Part shown: positions 15,208 through 29,747 of the stretch, piece after piece
Layout of the letters: each line of letters starts with the position of its first letter
Numbering within the stretch: the first letter of the stretch is position 1
Assembly: GCF_009914755.1 (NCBI RefSeq)
Contig: NC_060932.1
Origin: the human T2T-CHM13v2.0 reference genome, Homo sapiens
Reading direction: 5' to 3' (one strand)
Length of the DNA: 64,000 bases
Position numbers and translations under genes: made by a program
The notes under the pieces: model-generated
The model's input: the letters and a program-made list of their open reading frames with translations, nothing else
Databases searched by the model: none
Told to the model about the DNA's origin: nothing

Positions 15208-15602
15208 TCATGCTTTATCATTCAGCCTGCAGATGTACTCATCCAAGCAACTGACCTTTTAAGACAGCCGCTATATACCAGGCATTGTGTGGGAGAACAA
15301 AAGTCCATCTCCTTTGCCTCAAGGCTGTTAGATCTAGTGCTGCAAATTTATGTTCCAGAACTCCTTGGGGGATCAAGTGGAACTGTTTAGAGAGAGGACA
15401 CTCCAGATTCAGGATTGAGCATGTTGAACACCACACAGCTCTGGACTATCCATTTTGCAGGGTGTGTGAACAGCATCCACGTAACTGAAAATGGCAGCCC
15501 TATATATCTTCTTTACAGAAACATTGAGGCAGGAAAAGCATTGCTTAGTCAGTCACTCATCCACCAAAATGTGTGTTTTGAGAGTCTGTACCTAGGCACT
15601 AT

Positions 15603-15641
15603 GGGGTTAGGGTTGGGGTTAAGGTAAGGGTGAGGGTTAGG
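15603..15641 (+). repeat. Degenerate telomere-like hexamer tract
   Basis: GGGGTTAGGGTTGGGGTTAAGGTAAGGGTGAGGGTTAGG. Confidence 0.7.
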
Positions 15642-15760
15642 CTTGTCTTCACTCTCAAGGAGGCTTGCATCTCACTTATAAGGGGAATCAGGTGAAAAGA
15701 GAGTTAATGAAACAAGATGACAGAAGAGCGAGCAGATGGGCATGTGAGAAAGGGCACTGA

Positions 15761-16070
<310 letters not shown>

Positions 16071-16494
16071 AAACATCATTGAACTTGGAGTAAGAAGACT
16101 AGGCTTCCAGGCCAGCTCTGCCACTAAGTAGACTTCTCAATTTGAGTTGAAGCCTAAGGCTTTTCTTGGCTCCTGCCCTTATGCCTCAGGTCCCTGGTCT
16201 CAGGATGGTTTTCCTCTCTCAGCATACATTGTAGACTGAACTCCAGGTGATGAGGTTCTCCAGATTGACCTCAGGCCCCTCCTCTGGGCAGCCATTTTGG
16301 ATCTGACACAGGCACCTTCTATGGCTCTGGCTCTAATAGTGAGTATCTAAAAAATGGGTAGTGTAGGGGGGATATTTTAAAATCTTAAGGTCTCACTGAT
16401 GCCCTTGAAATTAAGCCATGTCTTCTGGGTTTGGTGTGTGGACATGCACAGGCCACATTTCACTCATGGTCCTGTGGGGAAAAGGAAATGTTTT

Positions 16495-16880
16495 AGGCCA
16501 GTTTTTTCCCAGAAGCCGGCCCTCAGCGGAGGATTCAAATGTATCCTTCTGGAAGTGCTCCCAGGAGAAGCGAGTAAGGAAGCAGAGGAAGCAGGAGAGG
16601 GAAGGGGAAGTTGGGAGGCAAGGGTGTGATTCCAGGTGACGCCCACCCCTCATCCTGATCCCCATGGGGACACTGAGTATAAATTGCACCTCCAAGCTTG
16701 TCCCACCTGGAGTCAAAAGAACCGTGACCCCACACAGTTTGTACCCTACACCTGCCTATTCTGGAGGGCAACACTGTGAAGAAAGTAGCAGCACCGTCTT
16801 TAGAAGTAGGGGACAGGGACAGTCAGATAGCTGGTCAAAAGGTGGTCCTGAGTGGGGAGACCAACAGGGGCCCCCACAGA
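16495..16880. mobile_element. Ancient LTR-type repeat, subfamily uncertain
   Basis: CCCAGAAGC...GGATTCAAATG...GTGCTCCCAGGAGAA...CCTGATCCCCATGGGG; similar to 9215-9600. Confidence 0.4.
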
Positions 16881-17517
16881 GTTTCTACTCTGTTAATCTT
16901 CTTTATTACAAGAAGTGATCACCAAGAAAGTTTCCAAAAGTAGAAGAGGGGAGACTTTAGTTCACTAATGTGTCTGTGGTCAAATCCAAATTGTTGACCT
17001 CCTGTTTTCCTTCTGAATTCCAGCTTCTCACCAGCCCAGATGGCGTCCTTTTCCACTTCAATATCAGCCCAAACAAGACCCATTTAGATTGATCTCCAGC
17101 AAAAACAAAGCAACACAAAAACACAGCCACATTCAAATGAATTTTGCAGAATCTGGTTTTTTTTTTTTCCCCTTAGATATGAGCACATCTGCTTCTCTCC
17201 AGACCTTGGCAATCAGTGTTGATTCTATGGCAGTGCCTTCAATGGGTCCTTGTGGCATATTCTGAAAGGGGCTCCTCATTTCCTCCTCACAGAGATAGCT
17301 TCCCTCCACTTACTGTCGATGGCTGATGTAAGATGCTCGTGTCTGGATAATAAACAAGCCACAGCAGTTGAGGAACAGACACCTTTTAAGTTAAAAAATT
17401 AAAAATGCCATATACATAGCCCATTGGAATTTAACTTTTAAATATGAAAGTATAATACGTAATTTGTTTATCAAATGTAAGTAAAACAACCAAACATTAA
17501 TGTGCTAAATTATATAC

Positions 17518-17750
17518 CAACAGTTGTCAACCAGGGACAATTTTCCGGCCCCTGCCCCAGGGGGCATTTGGCAATTTGGCAACATCTGGAGAACTTTTTG
17601 GTTGCCATAAGAGGGGAGAAGGATGTGCTACTGGCATACAATGGGTAGGGGCCAAGGGCACTGCTAAACATCCTACAATGCATAGGACAATTAGCACAAC
17701 AGAGAATTACCTGGCCCAAAATGTCAACAGTGGTGAGGCTGAGAAACCCT
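17518..17750 (+). mobile_element. MER20 (hAT-Charlie)
   Basis: CAGGGGGCATTTGGCAAT...TGCTACTGGCAT...TGCTAAACATCCTACAATGCATAGGACA...GGCCCAAAATGTCAACAGTG..GAGGCTGAGAAACCCT. Confidence 0.92.
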
Positions 17751-17984
17751 CATCTAGACTGTATTATTTTGGTGTAAATTTTGCATTGGTTCTCTATATT
17801 AAGGCCTATTTTCAACAGTTTTGAACTTTCGAAATCCCAGTGTCGAAATATTTTTGAGCACCAATTTGGAGTAAGACGCTGTTGGAGGTGCTCTAGTATT
17901 AACCCTTTGGTATGACTCAATCAGTAACCTCATGGTTCACTCAGCAGTGAATTTCCTCCATCTGAGTTTTCGGAGTTCCAGCAT

Positions 17985-18547
17985 CAGTGTGGGTTACCAA
18001 GGTGGGACACAGGGTCCTGCACTCAGAAGGAGGCCCCAGGCTTGGGGTTTAAGGCTGTGCGATGGCCATTCTGAAGTTCTTAGTCTTTGAATTTGTGTTT
18101 TGATAGTGAAGTTTGAGGGGACAGTGAAGTATGCAGCATGCTTGATGCCTCAACTCATGTGGGTCCCACTTCCTGCTGCCTCCCCGCCTGGCTGGAGTGG
18201 GTTCTCGGCTGCCCGTTCCTCTACCCACATCCAGTGACTGCTGCTTCCCTCTGCCCCTGGACAGGTCTGAGAGCAGGTTTGGGGAGGGTTGAGTAGGGTA
18301 TGCGCACCCCATGGACCAAGTCACGGGACAGGCCCCAGGTGCCTGTGAGGGGCTGCCCTCACCCCAGAAGCATCCCTATGCCTGAGGGAGAATGATGTTA
18401 AATAGTGAACAAAAAACACTATGATGGGTTGAGAGAGAGAGAGATGATGGAAGAAAAGAAAAAGGGGTTTTTTTTCTCTGCTTTTTGAACAAGAAGCCTC
18501 ATGTTTCATTTAGCACTAGGTCCCACACATCATGCGGCTGGCCCTGT
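17985..18547 (+). mobile_element. MER45-family (hAT-Tip100), long form
   Basis: Left end ACACAGGGTCCTGCACTCAGAAGG; right end TTTTTGAACAAG...TTTCATTTAGCACTAGGTCCCAC...GGCCCTG. Confidence 0.65.
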
Positions 18548-18717
18548 CAAGAATCGATAGCTACTGCTCATCAACGCTCTTTTTTTCTAAGCAAAACCTT
18601 CCTGGTGGAGTTTTAGGGTTGCCTTTTATTTGGGAGTCATGAAGTCTTCCACAGCAGTGTACAACAAAACCTTTTTGGAGAAGGCTTTAGACCCAACCAG
18701 TGATACATCTAACATAT

Positions 18718-19028
18718 TGCTAGAGACTGAATGTATGTGTCTCTCCACGCTGAAAGGTGATCAGGTTATGAAGGTGAAGCCCTCATGAGTGGAATGAATG
18801 CCCTTATAAAAGAAACTCCAGAGAGCCCCTTTATCCCTTCCACCATGTGAGGACACAGTGACAAGGTGGCCATCTGTGAGCCGGGAAACGGGCCCTCCCC
18901 AGACACCAAATCTGCTGACCACTTGATCTTGGACTTCCAGCCTACAGAAGGGTGAGAAATAAAATTCTGTGGTTTATAAGCCACAAGTCTATGGTATTCT
19001 GTGACTGCCGCCTGAATGGACTAAGACA
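18718..19028 (+). mobile_element. MLT1A-type MaLR LTR, internally deleted
   Basis: GCCCTCATGAGTGGAATGAATGCCCTTATAAAAG...CCATGTGAGGACACAG...TTGATCTTGGACTTCCAGCC...GGACTAAGACA. Confidence 0.88.
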
Positions 19029-20061
19029 ACGATCATTGAATTACTAAATACCAACGTTACCAGAGAAAAATGAAAAGCTATAGCAAGAACAATAGATTCT
19101 CTTTTACCTAGTTGTGTATAACCAGGCCACTCATTTTAAGCCTACTAGGATTCTGGCTCTCTTTCTTTCATTGCCTTTTGCACGTCTGGACCAGGTTTTA
19201 TGTGCTTTATGGACTTTCTTACAAGGCACTTGGTGGCATGCCTAAGGATCGACAGCAGAGACTTCGCCACGCGTAGAGAACAGCTGTGTTTTGTGCCTAT
19301 CTACTAATTATGTTTGTAAATGGGAGAATGTCGTCTTGTATGTGGTTTCATTATGACATTCCTCCTGGTGGTGAGGTTGTGGGAGGAAAGACAACTCTTC
19401 TGTAGTCGTTGGAGGCTACTAATGTTTGCCAGCGTTCCTGACAAGTGCTGAATGGCTGCTTGGCTTTGATCATGCCTCACTGACAGGCCATAGTATTCTG
19501 TATTTTATAGATTCAGTTCCAGAGCCTTGGTAAAAGGTCAGGAAGTTTATTCCTGGTCACACGACCAGGAAATAGAAGAGCCAAAACTTGAACTCAGTCC
19601 AGACTGACTCCAGAACATGAATTCTTGCCTCTATGCTCCTGCACTCCTACCAGCATTCCCCATCGGCCTCCAGTGCTCCTGTGTGCACTGTCAGTGACCA
19701 GGAGGACCTCAAACGGTAATCCCAGCTCCTCTCTCTCAGTTTCTATGAGGCCGCCAAGCCAAGCAGACAGGGGAGACTGAAACCCATCCTGTCCTCTTCT
19801 CAAGCCTTGATCTGACTTCTCCACCCAGAGGAATAGGTGCCTTTATCAAATTCATCTGTTCACAAGGATCACTTTTTTTTGAATTCACACAAAGGCACTG
19901 GATAGATAAGCAGCTGTCAAGGGTACATAAGGGCTGTTTCTTCATTTCACCTTCTTTGTCTTCCTACTGGTTATTATCTACCCTTGGGTGCTCAGGACCA
20001 TGAGCATCAGCAGGACCTTCCTACAAAGTGGCCACACCCTTGATCCTTAGGCCAATAGACT

Positions 20062-20240
20062 AAGGGTTTCTTAAAGTGTGTGGCCCAAGAACCATGTCAG
20101 AATAATCTGGGTGGTGGTTAAAAATGCAGAATTTTATACTCCATTCAGATTGCCATATGCAGGCTTTCTGGGGTTTGGGCCTGATAATCTGCATTTTATC
20201 AAGTTCAAGTTCTTATGCCCTCTAAAGTTTTAGCAAATCT
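20062..20240. mobile_element. MER5 (hAT-Charlie)
   Basis: GTTTCTTAAAGTGTG...GTTAAAAATGCAGA...AATCTGCATTTTATCAAG...CTAAAGTTT. Confidence 0.7.
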
Positions 20241-21270
20241 CCTCTGTTTCTGCTGACAACTTTGTTTTGGCTTTGAATCCACCTCTGTCCAATCCTAAAC
20301 AAACTCTTGACTCTGTGACTGACCCTCCTGTGTCCCTCTTCAATCCACCATGCTCTGTGGGTGTTCAGTCTGCCAGTATCTGCTTTTCCCTCTGGACTCT
20401 CCAGGCAGCTGGCACCTTTGCAACTCTGTGGTGCTTCAGGTAGGGACCCTCATTCTGTGGACATTCTGATTCCTCTGCACCTCAGGCCTTCTCTGCTCTG
20501 AACCCTTGCACTTGCTTGCCTAACCCTCGGATCTTGCTAACTCCTCTGCAACCTCACTTCCCAGTCCCCTCTGGCCTAGCAGATCAAAATCCTTGTCACA
20601 GAGACTCATTCTCATGGTACCTAATGGTACCACTGTGGTCCTGAGCAGAGGTCCCTGACACAAGGCAGAAGGGCCGAGCCCTGTCTAGAGGCCTCTGCTC
20701 TCTGCCTAGTAGATTCCTTTCCTGTGTCTGGCTCAGGTCTGCCCACAGCCTGTGGTTGGGGAAACATGGAAGGCTCTGAGTTTCTGGTTTATAGATTTTA
20801 GGAACTACAGGGAAAACCTCAGTTCTCATATATGAGTCATTCAGAGTAAATGTTAGAGCTGGAAGCACCTTTTTAAAAGAGTAAGTTAAAGAAGCCAGCA
20901 GTAAAAGGATGGATGTTCATATTTTAGTGTTAGATACGTCATTTGGTAGCACCCACAGAAGCCTCATGGTTGAGCTACTCTTCTCTAGGGGAAATGATTT
21001 AATTATAATGATACTAAATCATCATGGTACTAACTCACGTGGTATTTTATAGATTTCTTATATTGTATTTTATTTGATTCTCATAAAATACTAATGGCTA
21101 ATAGTTACTCTGCTATTAGGCACTGCTCTAAGAGTTTTATATATGTTAATTTCTTACTCTCACAGAGAGGCTAAGTAACTTGCTCACAGTCACACAGCTG
21201 TGAGAAGCTTAGCTAGGATCTGTACTTAGACAGTTTAGCTTCAAAGTATGTGTGTTTAAGATAAAGTTAT

Positions 21271-21561
<291 letters not shown>

Positions 21562-21959
21562 ATATATATATATAACTGACTCACGTACTCCCATTTCACA
21601 AATGAGAGACATGAAGATGAAATAGGTGAAATGGGAGAATCACTGCTGACTTTTAAAGGTGGTGGGATACATAGGGCACATTACTTGATTTTAGCAGTCA
21701 TGTTTTTAAGGCCAGCAGGAGAACACCTAAGAGGTGGAAGAGGATCACAAAAGTAGGTCTGGCAATCCTGGTAGTAACTTCTATGGTTAGAAAAAAAAAA
21801 AAACCATTTATTGATTTGGTTGACATTTTGATACTTTTTTGAGCATCTTTTAAGAACTAATTGGGTTCGCATTAATGCATATGTTTATTTAGCTGGGCAC
21901 AGAAGTAATGGCTTTAATAAAGCAAAAAGGAACTTCTAAAGCAAAAAAAAAAAAAAAAC

Positions 21960-22480
21960 GCATCTGAAATACAAAACACATTGAATGGTATTAACAGCAG
22001 ATTAGACACTGAAAAAGAAAAGATTAGTAAACTTGAAGACATACCAATAGAAATTAATCAAATGAAAGCAAAAACAAAAACAAAGAAAACAAGAAAACAA
22101 AAAGAATAACAGACTCAATGACCTGTGTAACTATATTAAATGGCCTAACACAAACTTAATTGGAATTTTAAAAGGAGAGGAAAAAGAGGAAGGAGAAGAA
22201 AAAAAAAGACTTAACATTTTAAAAGTTCTAAATTTAATGAAAACTTAAACCCCAAAATTTAAGAACTTAAACAAAATCAAAGCAGGATTAACTTAAAGAA
22301 AACTACTCAAAAGCTATCATAATTAAATTACTAAAAATTAATGATAAAGAGAAAAATTAAAAAGCAGCACAATAAAAAATATATTACACACAGAGGAATA
22401 AGTATAAGAATTTTCCAAACTTCTTTTAAAAACAATGCAAGCCAGAGGACAATAGAACTGTATATTTAAAGTGATACATA
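21960..22480 (+). mobile_element. Old L1M ORF1-region fragment, part 1
   Basis: A-rich; AACAGCAGATTAGACACTGAAAAAGAAAAGATTAGTAAACTTGAAGACA...AACAATGCAAGCCAGAGGACAAT. Confidence 0.75.
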
Positions 22481-23059
22481 GTTTAAAATGAACTTTTAAA
22501 AATATTTTTTAATTTTTCAACTTTATTATTATTACTATCATTGCGATTAAAAGTAACAGAATAAAGACATGCTGCTGATTTTTAATTTACAATTTCATAT
22601 ATTACCTAGTGATTTTTAAACTTTTCCTTCCTATGAGATTTAATTCTTACACCATCATCTGCACCTCTCCACATCATCCTCTTAATATTGTTAAAGCACT
22701 ATTGTTGGCTACATAAATAGTGTTCTTTGAAGTGTTTAAATGCTCCAGCAGTAAGCCATCTTCTTATTTTCTTCTTCTTCCCTGGGCAGTTATCATATCA
22801 GAAATACTTTGCCATGCTCTCCCCTTTATTTGTTCCCTGGATACCTCCCTCAGGGACACTTTCATACTTGTTCTCAAGTACGTATACGGCAGTTGATCTC
22901 CAGACCTGAACCAGGGCTGTCATCCTGGAAATTCTCTTTGTCACACTCTTGGGTTGAAAACACTTTTTCATGGATCCCGGGTTACCTCTTATTTTGCTGG
23001 AGCACATCTTCAAATAACTTCCTAAGGAAGCATGACAGATGTAAATTTTCTGAAAAAAT

Positions 23060-23910
23060 ATTTTTTTAAACTTTCAGTTTCAGGAGTATATGTGCAGGTT
23101 GTTAAATAGGTAAATTGCATGTCATGGGGGTTTCATGTACAGAGTATTTCATCATGCGGGCAATAAGCATAGTACCTGATAGGTAGTTTTTCAATCCTCA
23201 CCCTCCTCCCACTCTCCAGCCTCAAGTTGGCCCCAGTGTCCATTTTTACCTTCTTTGTGTCCATGCATACTCAATGTTTAGCCCTCACTTATCCAGTATT
23301 TGGTTTTCTGTTGTTGTGTTAGTTTCCTTAGGATAATGGCCTCCAGCTCCATCCACGTTGCTGCAAAGGACATGATTTTATTGTTTTTATAGCTGCATAG
23401 TATTCCATGGCATATATGTACATTTTCTTTATCCAGTCTACTGTTGATGGGCATTTAGATGGATTCCATGTCTTTGCTATTGTGAATAGTGCTGCAATAA
23501 ACATGTGTGTGCATGTGTCTTTATGGTAGAATGATTTATATTCCTTTGGGTATATACCCAATAATGGGATTGCTGGGTCAAATGGTAGTTCTGTTTTAAG
23601 TTCTTTGAGAAATCAACAAACTGCTTTCCACAGTGGCTGAACTAATTTACATTCCCACCAGCAGTGTATAAGCATTCCCTTTTCTCCAACAAGATCACCA
23701 GCATGTTACTTTTTGGCTTTTTAATAGTAGCCATTTGACTTACACACTGATGGTATCTCACTGTGGTTTTGATTTACATTTCTGTAATGACTAGTAATGT
23801 GTGCATTTTTTCATATGCTTCTTGGCTGTGCATATGTTTTCTTTTGAAAAATGTCTGTTCATGTCCTTTGCCCACTTTTTAATAAGTTGTTTTGTTTGTT
23901 GATTTGCTTA
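23060..23910 (-). mobile_element. L1PB-like 3' end
   Basis: TATGTGCAGGTTGTT...ATAAGCATAGTACCTGATAGGTAGTTTTT; the ORF reads GIYPKEYKSFYHKDTCTHMFIAALFTIAKTWN (ORF2 C-terminus). Confidence 0.9.
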
Positions 23911-23920
23911 AGAAAATGAA

Positions 23921-24088
23921 TTTTTTTTGAGATGGGGTCTCGCTATGTTGCACAGGATGGAGTGCAGTGGCTATTCACAAATGTGATTAAAACACACTGT
24001 AGCTTTGAACTCCTGGGCTTAATCCTCTTGCCTCCGAGGCGGCCTCCTGAGTAGCTGGGACTACAAGTGTGTCCCACTGCACTCAGCT
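23921..24088 (-). mobile_element. FAM (fossil Alu monomer)
   Basis: Monomer retaining the 7SL-derived GCAGTGGCTATTCACA segment that dimeric Alus lack. Confidence 0.85.
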
Positions 24089-24099
24089 GAACAGTGAAC

Positions 24100-24740
24100 T
24101 ATATTTTTGAAGAAAATAAAGTCAACCAAAAATCCATATCTACCTAAAATATTTTTCAAAAATAAAGGTGAAATAAACAATTTTTAGATAAACAGAAGGT
24201 AAGAGAATTCATCACCAGGCTACCCACAGAAAAATGAATATTAAGTCTTTGGGCTGAAAGAAAATGATAACTTGAAACTGGTTATACAAAGCAATAAAGA
24301 GCTTTACAGATGGTATATATGTGAGTAAACATAGACAAATTTTCTTATTTTTAATTTTTAAAAAAGAGAATTGACTGTTTAAGGCAAAAAAAGTAGTGTA
24401 GATTTTATAATGTATGTTCAAGTATGACAACAATAAAATCACCAAAAACAGAAGGAAAATAAATTAAATATACTCATAAGCTCTTTACACTATACACTAA
24501 GTTTTATAAGATGATGAAAGATGGAATGTATTGATTCAAAGATGCATAATATAAACCTAGGGCAGTCACTAAAATATACTCAATAATCCAAAAGAAGGCA
24601 AGAAAAGGAAAAAAAGGAACAATGTTAAGTGGAATAAATTAAATTCAAATAGCAAGATGGTTGACTTAAACCCAGCTATATCAATAATTACATAAATGTA
24701 AATGGTCTATACCCTCCAATTAAAAGTCAGATGTTATCAG
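24100..24740 (+). mobile_element. Old L1M ORF1/inter-ORF fragment, part 2
   Basis: GTCAACCAAAAATCCATATC...AAATAAAGGTGAAATAAAC...AGAGAATTCATCACCAG; continues the 21960-22480 piece. Confidence 0.7.
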
Positions 24741-24774
24741 ACATAGTTTTTAAAATCCAGCAAAATGGCTTACA

Positions 24775-25480
24775 GTTTTAAAAACTGACAATCTCAAGTT
24801 TTGGCAAAAATGTGGTGCAACTAGAACTCTCATATATTATTAGTGAGAATGTAAAGTGGCATAATCACTTTGGAAAACTATTTGGCAATCCATATTAAAG
24901 TTTTGTGTATGTGTATATATATGTATATATATATATGCTCTAGCAATTCTACTCAATAGAAATGCATACATATATTCACAAAAAGAACACATAAGAATGT
25001 TCATAGCAGCACTTTTGTAATAGCTAAAACCTGGACACCACTCATATTTTCATCAACACTAGACTAGATAAATAAATTGTGGTATATTTATACAATGGAA
25101 TATTATAAGACAACAAAACAAGCAAACCACTGCCATATGCCATAGCATGGGTGAATTCTACAAAATAATATTTAGTGAAAGAAGCCAGATAAGAAAGCAT
25201 ATACTGTATGATGTTATTTAAGTAACATTTAAATAAAGTCCAAAATCAGGCAAATCTAATCAATTTGGAATGAAGTCAGAACATTGGCTACTTTTTAGGG
25301 GGTGGTGTCTAGGAGAAGGCAGAAGGAAACGTTCTGGAGTGCTGGCAATTTTCTAATCTTTGATTTGTATGGTGGTTACTTGAATGTGTCATTTTTTGTA
25401 AAATTACATCAAGCTATACAAGTAGGACTTACACACTTTGCTCTGTCCATGTTATACGTCACTAAAATGTTTGTTTGTTT
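24775..25480 (+). mobile_element. L1ME/MD-type 3' fragment
   Basis: AACTGACAAT...GCAACTAGAACTCTCATA...CACTTTGGAAAAC...AGAATGTTCATAGCAGC...TAAATTGTGGTATATT. Confidence 0.75.
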
Positions 25481-25494
25481 GTTTGTTTTTTAAA

Positions 25495-26410
<916 letters not shown>

Positions 26411-26559
26411 TTACCAGATAAGGCAGCACTCTTCAAGTCAAGGGGGATTCTTTGGGAGCTATTTTGGGGTCTCCTGTTTCCTGGAATCAATGACCAATTT
26501 AAATGCCAGGTCTCTGATGTTCTTTACAATTACTGTTTGGTTTTCTTGCCTTTTCTGGT

Positions 26560-27230
26560 CACAGTGCACATTCAAGACACAAAGCCACGGTTGTCAGCAG
26601 CAGATCCAGCAGCACCATGGTCCTGGGGTCTGAAAGACTTCATCTTGCTTTCCTCTGCTGCTCCAGACAAAGGCCGTCTTGTACACTATCTATTTCAGTC
26701 ATTTGTATGAGCGCCGTGGAATATTTTCAAGCTATCCCTTTTAAGCATTATCTCTTGGCAGTTAAGAAAATAGATCCATCGCAAGCACTGGAAGTTCTGA
26801 AAAGGAGTTTAAAAATAGCTCCGGGTGCTAGACAGCTGCAGCTATTGGGAAACTGAACCCTTGGCTTGCACTTTTGCTGGTTTTATTTCAACCTTGCAGC
26901 TGGAAATCAGTAGCTCCTCCTCTGTTGGGAACAGATGCAAAAGGAAGAAGGCACGAATCAGTACCCTCTTTTGACTTGGGGTCACACTTGGCAATCTGAA
27001 TGCTGAGAGGCACCAGGGCAATGCAGAGTGAGCATGTAAAACTCTTGAGTTTCAAACAGCCTATCCAATATTATCTTTATATTTATTTGGAAGTGAAAAT
27101 AAAGCTTGTTGGTTTTGTCATGCAAATTATAGGAAGCAAATCAGATAAAATCCTCTTGGCTGGTAAGAATAGGCAGAAAACACATCAACTGGTAACAACA
27201 CAATGCTTTACATGCATTCTTTGACAACGC
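26560..27230. promoter_or_regulatory. Candidate muscle-type enhancer
   Basis: Repeat-free block with MEF2 TTAAAAATAG (26809-26818), CAGCTG E-boxes (26833, 26897) and GATA sites (26748, 27071, 27143). Confidence 0.4.
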
Positions 27231-27563
27231 TATGAAGTGACTGCTATTGCCATTTCCATCTTTCGAGTGAATGAGAAAGGAAATTGTGGAAGAAAGTGCC
27301 TGGCCACAGAGCCAGGGAGCTGGGGAGGTGGGGTTGCCACACAGTCAGGCTCCAAAGCCCCTGCTCCCAGCCATTGCACTCTACCACCTTTCAACTGGGG
27401 ATGCATGCAATGTTCATGTTTCTCAAAAGGGAGCATGGGTGTTTAAAAGTAGAAAACTCCAGTAATAGACATGAACAAATCTCTGTTTTAAGCCTAGCTA
27501 TACCATGATGCCACTCAATACATTTTTGCTGAGTAAATGAAGGACTGCATTTTAAATAAATAA

Positions 27564-27988
<425 letters not shown>

Positions 27989-28024
27989 TAATGAGCTTTT
28001 TACGGTAGTGAAATAGCCTGGAAA

Positions 28025-28890
28025 TTCATTCCTAGTTAATTCAACCAGTGGTTATTGAACACCTACCATGTGCTTGGAGCTGCATCTATATCAGTGAATT
28101 AAGAAAATAGAGTCCCCGCTTATGTTCTATCAGGAGGAGATAAAAAATAAACAGACCTACTAAGTAGGTAAAAATTCTAAATTGTGTTATGATGTATCCC
28201 TTAAATGATGAGGGAATATGGAAAAACAAAAAAATAAAGTGGCGTAAGCATGATTGACATGGGGATGGGCTGGAATATAAAACCAGGTGCTCACAATAGG
28301 CCTCACAGAAAAGGTGACATTGCATTGACATTTTAAGGTGAAGGAGTTAGCTCTGCGGATATCTGTGAAGAGTGTGACAGATAATGAGGTGGAAAGATGC
28401 CTGCTGTGTAAGGGGAAGTCATTGAGGAGTTCAGGGCTTTGTATGGACTTGAACTCTGTTCAGAAAGAGACAAGGCCCACCAGAGGGCTTGGCATGACCT
28501 GGCACGTTTTAAGGGGATCATGCCAGCTGCTGTGTTGAGAATGAATGTAGGTGGTAACGGCAGGAACAGGGGATGAGACCAGTTCTAGAAGAGAGGTAAG
28601 AAGTGTCACCTTCTGTATACACTTCAAAGAAAGAGCCAGTGGATTATGATGAAACTGGAGGAAAAGCTAGAGAATGAGCTCCAGAATCCAAGGAAGGAAG
28701 TGGACCAGGGCAGAGGGCACATTAGATCATATTGACAGGTCTGGCCAATGAGGGCTGGGGCTACCTGGGAGATTTGATGTGGTCACTGTTGACCTTGACA
28801 AGAGCCATCTTGCTGGGGGGCGGGAGTGGACACTGACTGGAGTGGGTTGAAGGAAGAATGGAAGGAGAGAAACTGGAGTCAGAGAAAAAT
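28025..28890 (-). mobile_element. L2 3' fragment
   Basis: TTCATTC...TTATTGAACACCTACCATGTGC, AGGCCTCACAGAAAAGGTGACATT, GACCTTGACAAGAGC. Confidence 0.75.
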
Positions 28891-28904
28891 AGGAGTGTGT
28901 TTTT

Positions 28905-29449
28905 TTAAATTTTTATTTTTAATTGTGGTAAAATACACATGAAAGCGACCATTTTAACCATTTTTTAAGCATACAATTCAGTGGTGTTAAGTACATTCAC
29001 ATTGTCGTGCGACCACCCTCCAGAAATTTTTCATCTCTTGAAAAATGGAAATTCTGCACTCATCAAACAAGAACCCTCATTTCCCACCAGCCCTGGGCAA
29101 AACATCATCCTACTTTCTTTTGCTATGAATTTGACTACTCTAGGTACCTCTTGTAAGTGGAATAGTATATATTTGTCGTTTTGTTTTTGGCTTATTTCAC
29201 TTAGCATAATATGTTCAAGGTTCAACCATGTGTTAGAATTTCCTTCCTTTTCAAGGCTGAATGATATTCCATTGTATGGATTATACTGCATCTTATTTAT
29301 CCATTCATCTATTGATGGGTGACACTTGGGTTGCTTCTGCCTTTTGGCTATTGTGAATAATGCTGCTATGAACATGGGTGCACAAATATCTCTTTGAGAC
29401 CCTGCTTTCAATTCTCTTGGGTATATACCCAGGAGTGGAATTGCTGGAT
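28905..29449 (-). mobile_element. L1MB 3' end
   Basis: TAATTGTGGTAAAATACACAT...ACCATTTTAACCATTTT...AAGTACATTCACATTG; the ORF reads RDICAPMFIAALFTIAKR. Confidence 0.88.
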
Positions 29450-29601
29450 GAGACAGAGAAAAGTTTTACTGCAAAGGGAAGAAATTAAATGGGGTGTAGT
29501 CTGCAGAGGAAGGGAGAGACACAAGAGGACTTCTGTTTTTTTCTTTTAAAAGATGTGAAAATTGGAGAAATAGCCTGTTTTCATTTGATAAGACTGATCT
29601 G

Positions 29602-29747
29602 GGCCGGACGTGGTGGCTCACACCTATAATCCCAATACTTTAGGAGGCCAAGGCGGGTGTATCACCTGAGGTCAGGAGTTCGAGGCCAGCCTGGCCAACA
29701 TGGTGAAACCCCATCTCTACTGAAAATACAAAAATTAGCCTGGCATG
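29602..29747 (+). mobile_element. AluS left arm plus linker, 3' part missing
   Basis: Stops abruptly after AAAATTAGCCTGGCATG. Confidence 0.9.

Noticed and set aside
17553-17567. CTCF-like GCCCCAGGGGGCA in MER20 (similar motifs at 46821 and 50101)
   Set aside because: Only partial matches; cannot be supported without PWM scoring or ChIP data.
26608-26630. REST/NRSE-like CAGCACCATGGTCCT
   Set aside because: The left half matches but the right half (GGACAG) does not.
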